Positions 1 to 8,499 of a stretch of 64,000 bases of DNA are shown piece by piece (position 1 is the first letter of the stretch; each line of letters opens with the position of its first letter). The stretch lies in NCBI GenBank assembly GCA_038229495.1, contig JBBROJ010000007.1, forward strand, positions 3,263 through 67,262. The letters are read 5' to 3'. Both the position numbers and the translations under genes were made by a program. The notes under the pieces were generated by a model. That model worked only from the letters and a program-made list of their open reading frames with translations, was not told the origin of the DNA and did no database searches. The stretch is from Chthonomonadales bacterium. Its GTDB lineage: Bacteria; Armatimonadota; Chthonomonadetes; Chthonomonadales; CAJBBX01.

Positions 1-1107
1 CGCTACGAACAGCCGCCTCCCGTCGGCCGAAACGACGCATGAAGTAGGATACCAACCGGTCGGCACGTAACCGGACAGGCGGCCGGCGGGAAGCTCGACC
101 ACCGCCACGGCGTTCATGTCGCCCAGCGTCACGTAGAGCCTTCGCTCGTCGGGCGAGAGGGCAAGGCCGGTAGGTGTAGCGCCCGGCAGTCCGCGCATGT
201 CGTCCGGTCGAAGCAGAATCGTTCTTGCTACACGATCATTGCCGGTGTCGATAATGCTGACGGTGTCGCTGCCCGCGTTCGCGACGAACAGACGCCGCTG
301 GCTCTTGTCCAGAAGAAGCGCCAGTGCGTTCTGGCCCGTCCGAATGTCGCGCGTCACCGTCCCCGCCGCCGGGTCGACCACCGAAACCACGCCGTCACGC
401 TCGCTGGAGACATAGACTTTGCGGTCACCGGAGGGGCCGGCCGTGAGGGCCGCGACGCCGAAGGGAAAACCCGAAACAGGAATCTTGCGAATCACGTTGT
501 TGGCAGCCGCGTCCAGAACGCTGAGAGACCCCTTCAGCCCGGTCTCGGTCGTAGTGTTGTTATTGACCGCATAAACTCGGGCGCCGTCCCTGCTCACCGC
601 GACCCCCGCCACGATGTTCGCGATCTTCTTGTCGCCGTCAGCCAAGCCCGGATTATCCAGCCGCCGGCCCGTATCCGTTAGCTTTCCGTCGCCCGCAACC
701 GTGTAGACCGCGACCTTGTCCTCCGCTCCGCGCGACACGTAGAGCGTATGCCTTACATCCTCCGGTCGGACGATTGACTGCCCCACGGTACCGCTTCCGC
801 CGAATGCTAACCCATAATAGAGGCCCTGCTTGTTGTTCTTGTCGCGCGCCTTGCCGACCTCGATTCGCGAGATAAGCTTTCCGTCCTGCGCGCTCAACAC
901 GCTCAAATACTGCCTGAATCCCGTATTTGTGACCACTACGAATCTTCCGTCCGGCGTCAACAGCATATTCGCCGGGAAGCTGCCTACACCGGTCTGGCTG
1001 CCCAGGGGCGTAATTCGCTTGCCGGTCGAGAGGAGGGTCGATTCCTGGGCTGAGGCGGCCTGCGCGGCAATAATCGAGAGGGAGAGGAGAGCAAGTCTAA
1101 CAATCAT
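1..1107 (-). CDS. Secreted beta-propeller repeat protein (YncE/YVTN lactonase-like); C-terminal part runs off the window
   Basis: My own minus-strand translation from the ATG at 1107 gives a signal peptide (MIVRLALLSLSIIAAQAASAQ). It is followed by repeated blades such as RLFVANAGSDTVSIID and RLYVTLGDMNAVAVVE. The frame is open to position 1 (369 codons). It is absent from the ORF track because there is no stop in the window. Confidence 0.75.
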   Translation of the reverse strand, partial: MIVRLALLSLSIIAAQAASAQESTLLSTGKRITPLGSQTGVGSFPANMLLTPDGRFVVVTNTGFRQYLSVLSAQDGKLISRIEVGKARDKNNKQGLYYGLAFGGSGTVGQSIVRPEDVRHTLYVSRGAEDKVAVYTVAGDGKLTDTGRRLDNPGLADGDKKIANIVAGVAVSRDGARVYAVNNNTTTETGLKGSLSVLDAAANNVIRKIPVSGFPFGVAALTAGPSGDRKVYVSSERDGVVSVVDPAAGTVTRDIRTGQNALALLLDKSQRRLFVANAGSDTVSIIDTGNDRVARTILLRPDDMRGLPGATPTGLALSPDERRLYVTLGDMNAVAVVELPAGRLSGYVPTGWYPTSCVVSADGRRLFVA

Positions 1108-1197
1108 TGCGATACATTCTCCGTAGATTCGGCAGAGATTGATGAGACGAGAGTTATTATAGATCGCGCATGTACGCGGCGTTCAGATTAGGATGAC

Positions 1198-1740
1198 TTG
1201 ACGATATGTCTTGACACGGTGGTAACATCACATCCGAAATACGCTGTTGGAAGGATTCCAGCTTTGGCCTGGCCGACGCCCGCGCCCGATAACGGATTTT
1301 TGGAGAGCCACGCCGCGCTTCTGGTTGCAAGCTTCCGCAATGCGACGGGAAGAGATCTGCTTAATCCCGCATTGGCTGGGGTTGAGCGGGCGACGGCGCT
1401 GTTCCAAGCCCCGTTCGTCGTGGTTTCGCACAATACCGATCCTGACCCGTGCTTCAATTACGGTAACCAGGCCGCCCTGGATCTTTTCGAGATGACATGG
1501 GAGGAGCTCACGGCCCTGCCCTCCCGCATGTCCGCCGAGCCAATGCACAGGGATGAGCGCGCCAGGCTGATGGCAAAAGTGGCTCGCCAGGGATTCATAG
1601 ACGACTATCAGGGTATCAGAATTTCCCGCAGCGGCCGGCGATTCCGAATTGAGCACGCAACGGTCTGGAATCTGTGGGACGATTCGGGAAACCTGCGAGG
1701 GCAGGCAGCCGCCTTCAGCCAATGGACGCCCGTCGTATAA
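1198..1740 (+). CDS. MEKHLA (PAS-like) domain protein
   Basis: 180 aa ORF. The motifs FVVVSHNTDPDPCFNYGNQAALDLFEMTWEELTALPSRMSAEP..RARL and GIRISRSGRRFRIE..VWNL match my memory of bacterial MEKHLA proteins. The start codon is uncertain. Confidence 0.7.
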   Translation: MTICLDTVVTSHPKYAVGRIPALAWPTPAPDNGFLESHAALLVASFRNATGRDLLNPALAGVERATALFQAPFVVVSHNTDPDPCFNYGNQAALDLFEMTWEELTALPSRMSAEPMHRDERARLMAKVARQGFIDDYQGIRISRSGRRFRIEHATVWNLWDDSGNLRGQAAAFSQWTPVV

Positions 1741-1755
1741 GTCATTAGAGACATC

Positions 1756-1880
1756 GAGTCGATGGGTCGATGGGTCAATGGGTCAATGAGTCAACGGGTC
1801 AATGGGTCAATTTGTAAATGAACGGCCTGCCCATCTGCCCATTGACTAATTGACTAATTGACTAATTGACTAATTGACCG
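1756..1880. repeat. Paired complementary octamer arrays: 7 x GGGTCRAT (1756-1811) and 5 x ATTGACTA (1841-1880)
   Basis: Read directly from the sequence. GTCAAT and ATTGAC are reverse complements, so the arrays can form a long imperfect hairpin. They fill the gap between the convergent genes ending at 1740 and 1881. Confidence 0.9.
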
Positions 1881-2645
1881 TCAAGTAAACCGACGGCGAA
1901 TCTGGTAGCTGATCAGGTCGGCCAGCAGAACCATTCCCACCAGCAGCAGAACGTAGACACTCACCTTTTGCCACGCAAAATACCCCATCTGCGCCTTCAG
2001 CTCGAACCCGATTCCCCCCGCTCCCACGATTCCCACGATGGTCGCCGCGCTGATGTTGAGCTCCCAGGCGTAAAGCGTATGGGACAGAAACTGGGGCAGC
2101 GCCTGGGGAAGCATGCCATAGGCAAATACCTGCGCCGGGGTCCCTCCTACCGCCTTGACCGCCTCGATCGGGGCCGGGTGGACGCTTTCCAACGCCTCCG
2201 CGAAGAGCTTGGAGAGCATGACGAAGGAGCCGATTCCGATTCCAAGCGCGCCGGGGAACGGCCCAAGCCCGACGATATACACAAAGAGAATTGCATAAAT
2301 GAGGGACGGAATCGCCCGCAGGACGTTGAGGACCGTCTTGACCGCCACGGTGAGGCCCCGCGGGAGGGCGGACGTGCGGGCGGCAAGGAATCCCACGGGA
2401 AGCGCGAATATGAAGCCGATGAAGGTGCCCAGAACCGCCATCTGGATAGTCACCTTGAGCGCCTCCCACGCTTTGGGAAGCACGGACCAATCCGGCGGGA
2501 ACATCTGGCGGACGTACTCGGCTCCGAACGAAAGACCGCTCCGTAAGCGTGAGGCGTCGACGCTCATCCCCTGCCACGACCAGATCAGGACGGCGGCAAG
2601 CAGGAGGGTGAACGCAATTCGCGTGGAGACTCGGCGCAGGCGCAT
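1881..2645 (-). CDS. phnE: Phosphonate ABC transporter permease PhnE
   Basis: 254 aa polytopic membrane ORF. It has the PhnE-type EAA-loop region (EAVKAVGGTPAQVFAYGMLPQALPQF) and a GAGGIGFEL motif. Confidence 0.8.
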   Translation of the reverse strand: MRLRRVSTRIAFTLLLAAVLIWSWQGMSVDASRLRSGLSFGAEYVRQMFPPDWSVLPKAWEALKVTIQMAVLGTFIGFIFALPVGFLAARTSALPRGLTVAVKTVLNVLRAIPSLIYAILFVYIVGLGPFPGALGIGIGSFVMLSKLFAEALESVHPAPIEAVKAVGGTPAQVFAYGMLPQALPQFLSHTLYAWELNISAATIVGIVGAGGIGFELKAQMGYFAWQKVSVYVLLLVGMVLLADLISYQIRRRFT

Positions 2646-2703
2646 TGCAGGATTCTACCCCACGCCGATGCCGGGCCGGCGTGAGGGAGGGAGCGGGCAT
2701 CCG

Positions 2704-2952
2704 CTAAAGCTCATAGTAGACGTGCGCGGCGGAACGCTCTTCGTCGGTCAGAAAGCTGCGGCAGATGAGGCAAAGGCCGGTCTGGTCAATGTCCAGCGCG
2801 AAGCATTGAAAACACTTGCCACGCTTGACGGCGTTCGCCACGAGCTTGGGATTCTTGAGGGCCCACAGCACGCGGTCGCGCGCAATGCCTCCATTTGCCG
2901 AGAGCGAGAAGTAGTCGTTATTGACGGGTTTGTCGTGATAGCGATTCAGCAT
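2704..2952 (-). CDS. Small Cys-rich hypothetical protein (CFQC...CLIC zinc-ribbon-like)
   Basis: 82 aa ORF directly upstream of phnE on the same strand. It has two CxxC pairs. No family recognised. Confidence 0.45.
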   Translation of the reverse strand: MLNRYHDKPVNNDYFSLSANGGIARDRVLWALKNPKLVANAVKRGKCFQCFALDIDQTGLCLICRSFLTDEERSAAHVYYEL

Positions 2953-3267
2953 AGACGCTCGCTACGGAGTAGTTGCGGAAGGGCGCGCCTCAATATGGCA
3001 CATTAACGCTGAAATGGGAAGAGCCGAGAATCGCTGGAATTGTTAAGTCTTGGTGAGAATCGCTGCCTGCACCGTGTCCCGGAAATGAGTTTCCGGGCTG
3101 TAATACAAACCCGGCCTGCGCGGGCTAAATACAAGCCACGCAGGTGGCTTTCGTTTTGCAGCCGGGAAATTCATTTCCCGGTAATCGATCTCACCAAGAC
3201 TGAACAGATACGAATCGCTGGAACTGGCGAAGCGCCCTTCCTGCGCCCGATTCACAATAGCGGACTC

Positions 3268-4692
3268 TCAGGAGTGAGCGGAAGCGGGATGCGCGGTGTC
3301 CGCGGGCGCGGGCACGCCGTAGAAGAACTTCACCCAAAGAGAAAACATTATCACCGTCGCCACCGCAATCGTAAGCCAAACGCCGCCAATGATGTCGTAG
3401 AGCAGCTTCAGATTGAGACCCGCTATAAGCACGCACACCGCATACCCTGTCGCTTGCAACCATGCGGGATTCGTGAATTCGCCCATGCGACGGCGGTCTG
3501 AAGTGAACATCATCAGCGGGAAGATGGCGAACGAGAGCTGCATCGACAGCACCACTTGCGACATTACGAGCAGATTGACCGTACCCTTGCCGCCGTTGGC
3601 CGCAACCATGAAGATAGCGGGAACCAGCGCGATGCCTCGCGTGATCATACGGCGCAGCCACGGCGCGATGCGTATGTTCAGGAAGCCCTCCATTACAATT
3701 TGGCCGGCCAGAGTCCCGGTAATGGTTGAGGATTGGCCTGAAGCCAGCAGCGCTACCGCAAAAGCGGTCGCCGCGCCGCCGCCCAGCAGCGGGCGGAGGA
3801 GGGCGGGCGCGTCGGCAAAATCGTCCACAATGTGGCCCCTGCCATGGAAAACGGCGGCCGCCAGAACGAGAATCGCTGCGTTGACGAAGAAGGCGAAGCC
3901 CAGCGCCACAAAGGTATCCACGGAGTTGAACTTGATCGCTTCGCGGATTCCGGCAGGCGTCCGATCCGTGGCGCGGGTCTGTACGAGCGACGAATGGAGG
4001 TAGAGGTTGTGCGGCATCACCGTCGCGCCCAGAATGCCGAGCGCAACCAGAAGCGACTCGCCGGAAAGCAATGAGGGGGTCACCAGGCCATGAGCAACCG
4101 CGCCCCAGTTCGGTTTGGCAAGGAACATTTCCAGCGCGAAACAGCCCGCAACTGTACCCACGAGAGTCAGTATTATCGCCTCGATTTTGCGGAATCCGAA
4201 TCGCATAAGCGCCAGGAGGGCGAGCACGTCGAGACCGGTGATCAAGACCCCGTAAACAAGGGGAATTTTGAAAAGAAGATTGAGCGCTATGGCGGACCCG
4301 ATGACCTCCGCTAGATCGCAGGCGATAATGGCAATCTCGCAGAGCAGCCAGAGAGCGATTGCCGCGGGCTTCTTGTAGTAGTCCCTGCACGCCTGCGCAA
4401 GATCCCGACCGGTGACCAGCCCCAGCCTTGCGCAAAGTGTTTGCAGCAGCATCGCCATAAGATTCGAGGCGAGAATGACCCAGAGAAGCGAATAGCCATA
4501 GAGAGAGCCGCCTTTGAGGTCCGTAGCCCAGTTGCCGGGGTCCATGTAGCCGACGCTGACAAGATAGGCGGGGCCCGCGAACGCCAGGAATCGGCGCATC
4601 CATCCGCCGCCGGCGGGAATGCTGATCGACCTGTGCACCTCGGGAAGCGAAGGCAGTCCAACCTGATTCATTTTCGCATCCTGTGAAGTCAT
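3268..4692 (-). CDS. mntH: NRAMP-family divalent metal (Mn2+/Fe2+) transporter MntH
   Basis: 474 aa. It carries GPAYLVSVGYMDPGNWATDL and MPHNLYLHSSLV, the signature NRAMP motifs. Confidence 0.92.
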   Translation of the reverse strand: MTSQDAKMNQVGLPSLPEVHRSISIPAGGGWMRRFLAFAGPAYLVSVGYMDPGNWATDLKGGSLYGYSLLWVILASNLMAMLLQTLCARLGLVTGRDLAQACRDYYKKPAAIALWLLCEIAIIACDLAEVIGSAIALNLLFKIPLVYGVLITGLDVLALLALMRFGFRKIEAIILTLVGTVAGCFALEMFLAKPNWGAVAHGLVTPSLLSGESLLVALGILGATVMPHNLYLHSSLVQTRATDRTPAGIREAIKFNSVDTFVALGFAFFVNAAILVLAAAVFHGRGHIVDDFADAPALLRPLLGGGAATAFAVALLASGQSSTITGTLAGQIVMEGFLNIRIAPWLRRMITRGIALVPAIFMVAANGGKGTVNLLVMSQVVLSMQLSFAIFPLMMFTSDRRRMGEFTNPAWLQATGYAVCVLIAGLNLKLLYDIIGGVWLTIAVATVIMFSLWVKFFYGVPAPADTAHPASAHS

Positions 4693-4720
4693 ATAAGTCC
4701 ACGCTCTTAATCGCCGGCAA

Positions 4721-4860
4721 GCGAGGCACTGAAGTGACCTCGCTGTCTCAGGCGCTCTGACCAGTGGCGCGTCGAGAACTCTGGGCCTGCGGCAAACGAG
4801 TGAATGAATTCACTCGCTGGAGGGCCTGCAGCCAATCGTCCTCGCGGACGGAAAAATACT
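4721..4860 (+). repeat. MITE-like dispersed repeat, copy A (about 140 bp), between mntR and mntH
   Basis: The ends (GCGAGGCACTGAAGTGAC ... CCAATCGTCCTCGCGGACGGAAAAATACT) match copy C at 33498-33569. The internal palindrome (CGAGTGAATGAATTCACTCG) and the CTGTCTCAGGCGCTCTGACCAGTGGCGCG block match the reverse complement of 43085-43185. Confidence 0.75.
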
Positions 4861-4877
4861 TCAAGGAGCTTGTCACT

Positions 4878-5597
4878 TTACCAGCCCGCTGTGCCCGCCA
4901 GGACTGTTTCTCTCTCCGTCTCCGAAATACGCTCGACAAAGACGTGCCCCGCCAGCTCGCGGCCTACCGAGTGCATGATGCCGCCAATCTCCAGGAGAAG
5001 CGGACCGTTAAAGGGCTGCTTTTCCCTCACGGTAATGACGCCTTCAAGCCGCATTCCGATCCCGGCGAGGTAGCGCAGCGCTTCCGGATCGTTGTCCCGC
5101 ACTCGGAGAACGATCAGCGTATCGCCGGCCTCGCTTTCGGCGAGGGGTTCGCCGCGCTGCGGGGCTACCGTACCCTCGCGTGTCGGAATGGGGTCGCCAT
5201 GCGGATCGCGCACAGGGTAGTCCAGCATGCGATCTATGCGGTCTTCAAACTCTTCGGAGATGTGGTGCTCCAGCTTTTCGGCCTCGGCGTCCACTTCGTC
5301 CCAGCTATAACCAAGCGCCTGATGAAGATAGAGCTCCAGAAGGCGGTGATGCCGAATCACCTCCAGCGCGACGCGTTCTCCCGCCTCGGTCAGGCGGACG
5401 CCGTAGTAGGGCGTGTAATCGAGCAGCCTGCTTTCGGCGAGCGCCTTCATCATCTTGGTGGCGGCGGCGGGAGTCGTCTTCATGCGGCGCGAAAGGGCGG
5501 TCGTAGACACGGCCTCCTCTTCCTGCTGCAATTTGTAGATTACTTTCACGTAGTCTTCCACCGCCTGGCTGAAGACTCGGCCGCCCCTATCACCCAT
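4878..5597 (-). CDS. mntR: DtxR/MntR-family metal-dependent transcriptional repressor with C-terminal FeoA/SH3-like domain
   Basis: 239 aa. It has an N-terminal winged HTH (EDYVKVIYKLQ...ST..LSRRM), a metal-binding/dimerisation region (HHRLLELYL) and a C-terminal SH3-like tail. It lies immediately upstream of mntH on the same strand. Confidence 0.85.
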   Translation of the reverse strand: MGDRGGRVFSQAVEDYVKVIYKLQQEEEAVSTTALSRRMKTTPAAATKMMKALAESRLLDYTPYYGVRLTEAGERVALEVIRHHRLLELYLHQALGYSWDEVDAEAEKLEHHISEEFEDRIDRMLDYPVRDPHGDPIPTREGTVAPQRGEPLAESEAGDTLIVLRVRDNDPEALRYLAGIGMRLEGVITVREKQPFNGPLLLEIGGIMHSVGRELAGHVFVERISETERETVLAGTAGW

Positions 5598-5622
5598 CGA
5601 TTTAACCCCCAGAATATCTTAA

Positions 5623-5638
5623 TTTAACATCGGTTAAA
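5623..5638. promoter_or_regulatory. Candidate MntR/DtxR operator: inverted repeat TTTAAC-ATCG-GTTAAA
   Basis: A perfect 6-4-6 inverted repeat lies 26 bp upstream of the mntR start in an AT-rich patch. An extra TTTAAC half-site is at 5601-5606. Confidence 0.4.
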
Positions 5639-5674
5639 TATTACCATAATTTCAGGTTGAATCTATACTCACGC

Positions 5675-5703
5675 AAAAAGCGGGCGCTTTTCAGCACGCC
5701 CGC
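5675..5703 (-). terminator. Rho-independent terminator after the nucleotidyltransferase gene
   Basis: On the minus strand: GCGGGCG-tgctgaaaag-CGCCCGC followed by TTTTT. Confidence 0.7.
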
Positions 5704-5736
5704 CCGTCAAATCTAAAACTGCATGATGACTAACTC

Positions 5737-6243
5737 TTACAATTCGCCGGTCCGCTCCTCTTCGATCAGTTTTTTTAATGCCAGGAGTTCCATGACATGA
5801 TTTTGGTCTTTGGGGCGGTTCGCAGCCCGCTTCATTGAGATCAGATCGTCGATGGAGGCGACGCGCACATTCACACCATGTACCTCTAAAACAACGGACC
5901 TGTCCCAGAGTCCGTCAAAGCTGTCAGTACCAGCCGCCTCGCCCAGCATGTCGACGTCACCTATCGATGTCTCAAGCGTAAAGTTTTGCCCGTTCCGAAG
6001 CGTGCGAGCATCCCAAAGAAAGGGCAGCTCGCGCGGGGCGCCGCGCAGCCTCGGATCGTAAGGAGAGAATGCTGCGGCAATCGCCTCCAGGTTCCGATGA
6101 TCCCTGGCATAGCACATGTCCAAATCATCGGTGAGATGCGCCGAGCCATGTAAGCGCATTGCTACTCCACCGATGAGCAAGAACCGTACATCATGTTGTT
6201 GCAGGATGGATACTATGCGCAGAATTGCGTCAAGTTCTAGCAC
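5737..6243 (-). CDS. Nucleotidyltransferase-fold protein (AbiEii/MNT-like putative toxin)
   Basis: 168 aa. LLIGGVAMRLHGSAHLTDDLDM is a GG...G..R.T.DLD NTase motif. The C-terminal KRAANRPKDQNHV resembles this family. Confidence 0.55.
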   Translation of the reverse strand: MLELDAILRIVSILQQHDVRFLLIGGVAMRLHGSAHLTDDLDMCYARDHRNLEAIAAAFSPYDPRLRGAPRELPFLWDARTLRNGQNFTLETSIGDVDMLGEAAGTDSFDGLWDRSVVLEVHGVNVRVASIDDLISMKRAANRPKDQNHVMELLALKKLIEEERTGEL

Positions 6244-6445
6244 GTGAAGTCTCCGCGAGGAACCGTTGCTGCCTGAGCAATTTGTCCAGGCGTTCGGTAG
6301 GGGTGAGCTTCAGATTCGCGCGCAGAAGGGAGATATCGATTCCATTCTCGTCCTGCTCGCCGTAGGGGTGGGCGCGCTGCCACGCCTGGAATTGCTCCCA
6401 TTGCTCGTCGGTCATGTAGTCTGGCTTTTCACACTTTTCATGCAT
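6230..6445 (-). CDS. Small putative antitoxin partner (71 aa)
   Basis: In-frame ATG at 6445 within the long ORF 6230..6967 (MHEKCEKPDYMTDEQWEQF...). It overlaps the NTase start by 14 nt, which suggests translational coupling. The rest of the 245 aa ORF is antisense to GH15 and looks spurious. Confidence 0.4.
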   Translation of the reverse strand: MHEKCEKPDYMTDEQWEQFQAWQRAHPYGEQDENGIDISLLRANLKLTPTERLDKLLRQQRFLAETSRART

Positions 6446-6510
6446 AGCACTGTCCCTCGCGATTGACTTCGCTGCCTTATTTGTTATACGCGGCGTTCCG
6501 CGGCCCCGTT

Positions 6511-8499
6511 TCAGGCGCTGGTGGTCTGCTTCGCGGCCTTGCGGCGGTCGGTCAGCAGGCGGAATCGATTCTCCCACTGGCAGACCGTGGTGACGAAAGT
6601 GGCGTGGGACCAGGTGAGTGGCGACACGGAGAGCGGGTCCCCAGTGTAGGGATGGAGCTGTTCCGCGAGCACTCCCGAGGGGTACGCGTGATCCGCGACC
6701 CAGCGCAGAATCTCCATCGGCTTGTTCAGCTCTTCGGTAGTCTGCGCGCAGGCGATCTGCCACTGCGCTATCCACATGGTCGAAAGGAACCAGGGGTTTC
6801 CCGGCACCTTCTCCAAGTCCTGCGCTATCTGATAGTAGGGGTCTCGCTCGTAGCGGGCCAGGCCGCCGATCTCCGTTTTGCACCAGAGATTCTCCTGAAT
6901 TGCCTCCATCATTCTGACGACGCGGGGATCGTCGGGAGCATACATGCCGAACATGAAGAGGCCGCACTGACTGCTGTCCAGCGTCTCATCCTTCTCCCAG
7001 GTACGGTTGCGGTAGTAGAGGCTGCGCAGGAATCGGCCTTTCTCGGAATCGTACAAATGGTCTTCCGTCGCCGCCTTTATCTCCTGTGCCGCCTTGCGGT
7101 AGCGGGTCGCCCTGTTCGCGTCCCCAAATATGTCCGCGAAGTTGGCGGCGGCGTTGAGGCCGGCCCACGTGGACGCGACCGTGAAGAGATGGATGCCGCG
7201 GCGCTCTTCCCAGAGGTCCCAACTCGCATCCGGGAGGCGCATACGCGGCTCGCGAAACCCCCATAGAAAGTCGCCTGCGCGCTCGATAAACGGAGCGTAG
7301 AGCGTGCGCACGAAGTCGATATCGCGACATGCCGCGTAGTGCTCCCAAAGCGCGTAGAGCGTCAGGGCGGTCTCGTCTTCCTGAATCGGAAGCTGGAGCA
7401 GCCCGTCCGTGCCGCACCAGGGATGCCACGAGCTGCCGACAGAGCCGTCCGGGTTGTACTTATGCATGAAATAGCCGGAGGGCGAGAGAAGGTTGGCGCA
7501 GAACGCGAAGAACCTCTCAGACACGTCGTGGTAGCCTGCCATGTCGAGCGCGTGGGCAACCAGAGCCCCGTCTCGCGGCCAAAGATAGGAATACGAATCG
7601 CGGTTGTAGGTGAGCGTGTCCGAATCGTTGGCCGCGAGAATTGCGCCGCGGTTGTCTATCTGCGTACGCAGGATGAGCAGGCTGCGGCGATAAAAGGAGC
7701 GAAGGTCTTCGGGCAGGCCAGGATGCGGATGGTCGTGCGACACCCACTGCCGCCAGTAGGCCCGCACGCGGCGCAGAATCGTCTCCGGCTCCATATCGCG
7801 GATGTGCTGGTTTAGGTCCATGACCGAGGTCATGTCCTGCCCGGCCCCGATCCAGTAGTAGGCGGTGGCGGTCTTTTCCACCTGGAGATGAACGGCCCCG
7901 GTAGAATCGACCGCGCCCTGCGCAATGGCGTTGCGGCCCAGGATGCCGTCATACGCGTCGTGCCAGGTGCCTTCGTTGAGGCTGCGCGCGTGGCCGGTAG
8001 CGTAGGAGGAGAGTCCCCATACCCGCTCCGTCATCGCGTTGATAATGAACCAGTGCTGCCCCTTATAGTGCAGCAGGGCGCGTTCGGAGGGGTGGTAGAA
8101 GGCGGTGTCGCCATCGGTGGTCCCGCCGACGTGGAAATTGTGATGAAAGAAGAGCCGGACGTCGCGCACCGATTCGCGCAGATTTTCGACCTCGATCTTG
8201 CGCATATAGAGATTGAAGTCGAAATCCACGCAGTCGCGGCAGGTGATCGCCAGGCCCAGGTCATGGTTGACGCAGCGGACCTCGGTAACCAGCGTATCGG
8301 TCTCGTACCCCAGGGAACGTTCCCATCCGGCCTCTTCGATCCACGAGATGCGGCCATCAACCCAGACGCCAAATCGGAACGCGTGGCCGAGAGTATGATT
8401 CACTTGGCCGACAAAGGGGAAATAGATTTCGCGAAGGCGGTAAGTATGGTCGAAGGCGACGAGCATATTGCCGTTGCCGATAGGCAGGTCACGGGGCAA
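6511..8499 (-). CDS. Glycoside hydrolase family 15 (glucoamylase/glucodextranase/trehalase-like)
   Basis: 662 aa. The N-terminal GNGNMLVAFD and the C-terminal (alpha/alpha)6 region with YSYLWPRDGA and WEE motifs are typical of GH15. Confidence 0.85.
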   Translation of the reverse strand: MPRDLPIGNGNMLVAFDHTYRLREIYFPFVGQVNHTLGHAFRFGVWVDGRISWIEEAGWERSLGYETDTLVTEVRCVNHDLGLAITCRDCVDFDFNLYMRKIEVENLRESVRDVRLFFHHNFHVGGTTDGDTAFYHPSERALLHYKGQHWFIINAMTERVWGLSSYATGHARSLNEGTWHDAYDGILGRNAIAQGAVDSTGAVHLQVEKTATAYYWIGAGQDMTSVMDLNQHIRDMEPETILRRVRAYWRQWVSHDHPHPGLPEDLRSFYRRSLLILRTQIDNRGAILAANDSDTLTYNRDSYSYLWPRDGALVAHALDMAGYHDVSERFFAFCANLLSPSGYFMHKYNPDGSVGSSWHPWCGTDGLLQLPIQEDETALTLYALWEHYAACRDIDFVRTLYAPFIERAGDFLWGFREPRMRLPDASWDLWEERRGIHLFTVASTWAGLNAAANFADIFGDANRATRYRKAAQEIKAATEDHLYDSEKGRFLRSLYYRNRTWEKDETLDSSQCGLFMFGMYAPDDPRVVRMMEAIQENLWCKTEIGGLARYERDPYYQIAQDLEKVPGNPWFLSTMWIAQWQIACAQTTEELNKPMEILRWVADHAYPSGVLAEQLHPYTGDPLSVSPLTWSHATFVTTVCQWENRFRLLTDRRKAAKQTTSA

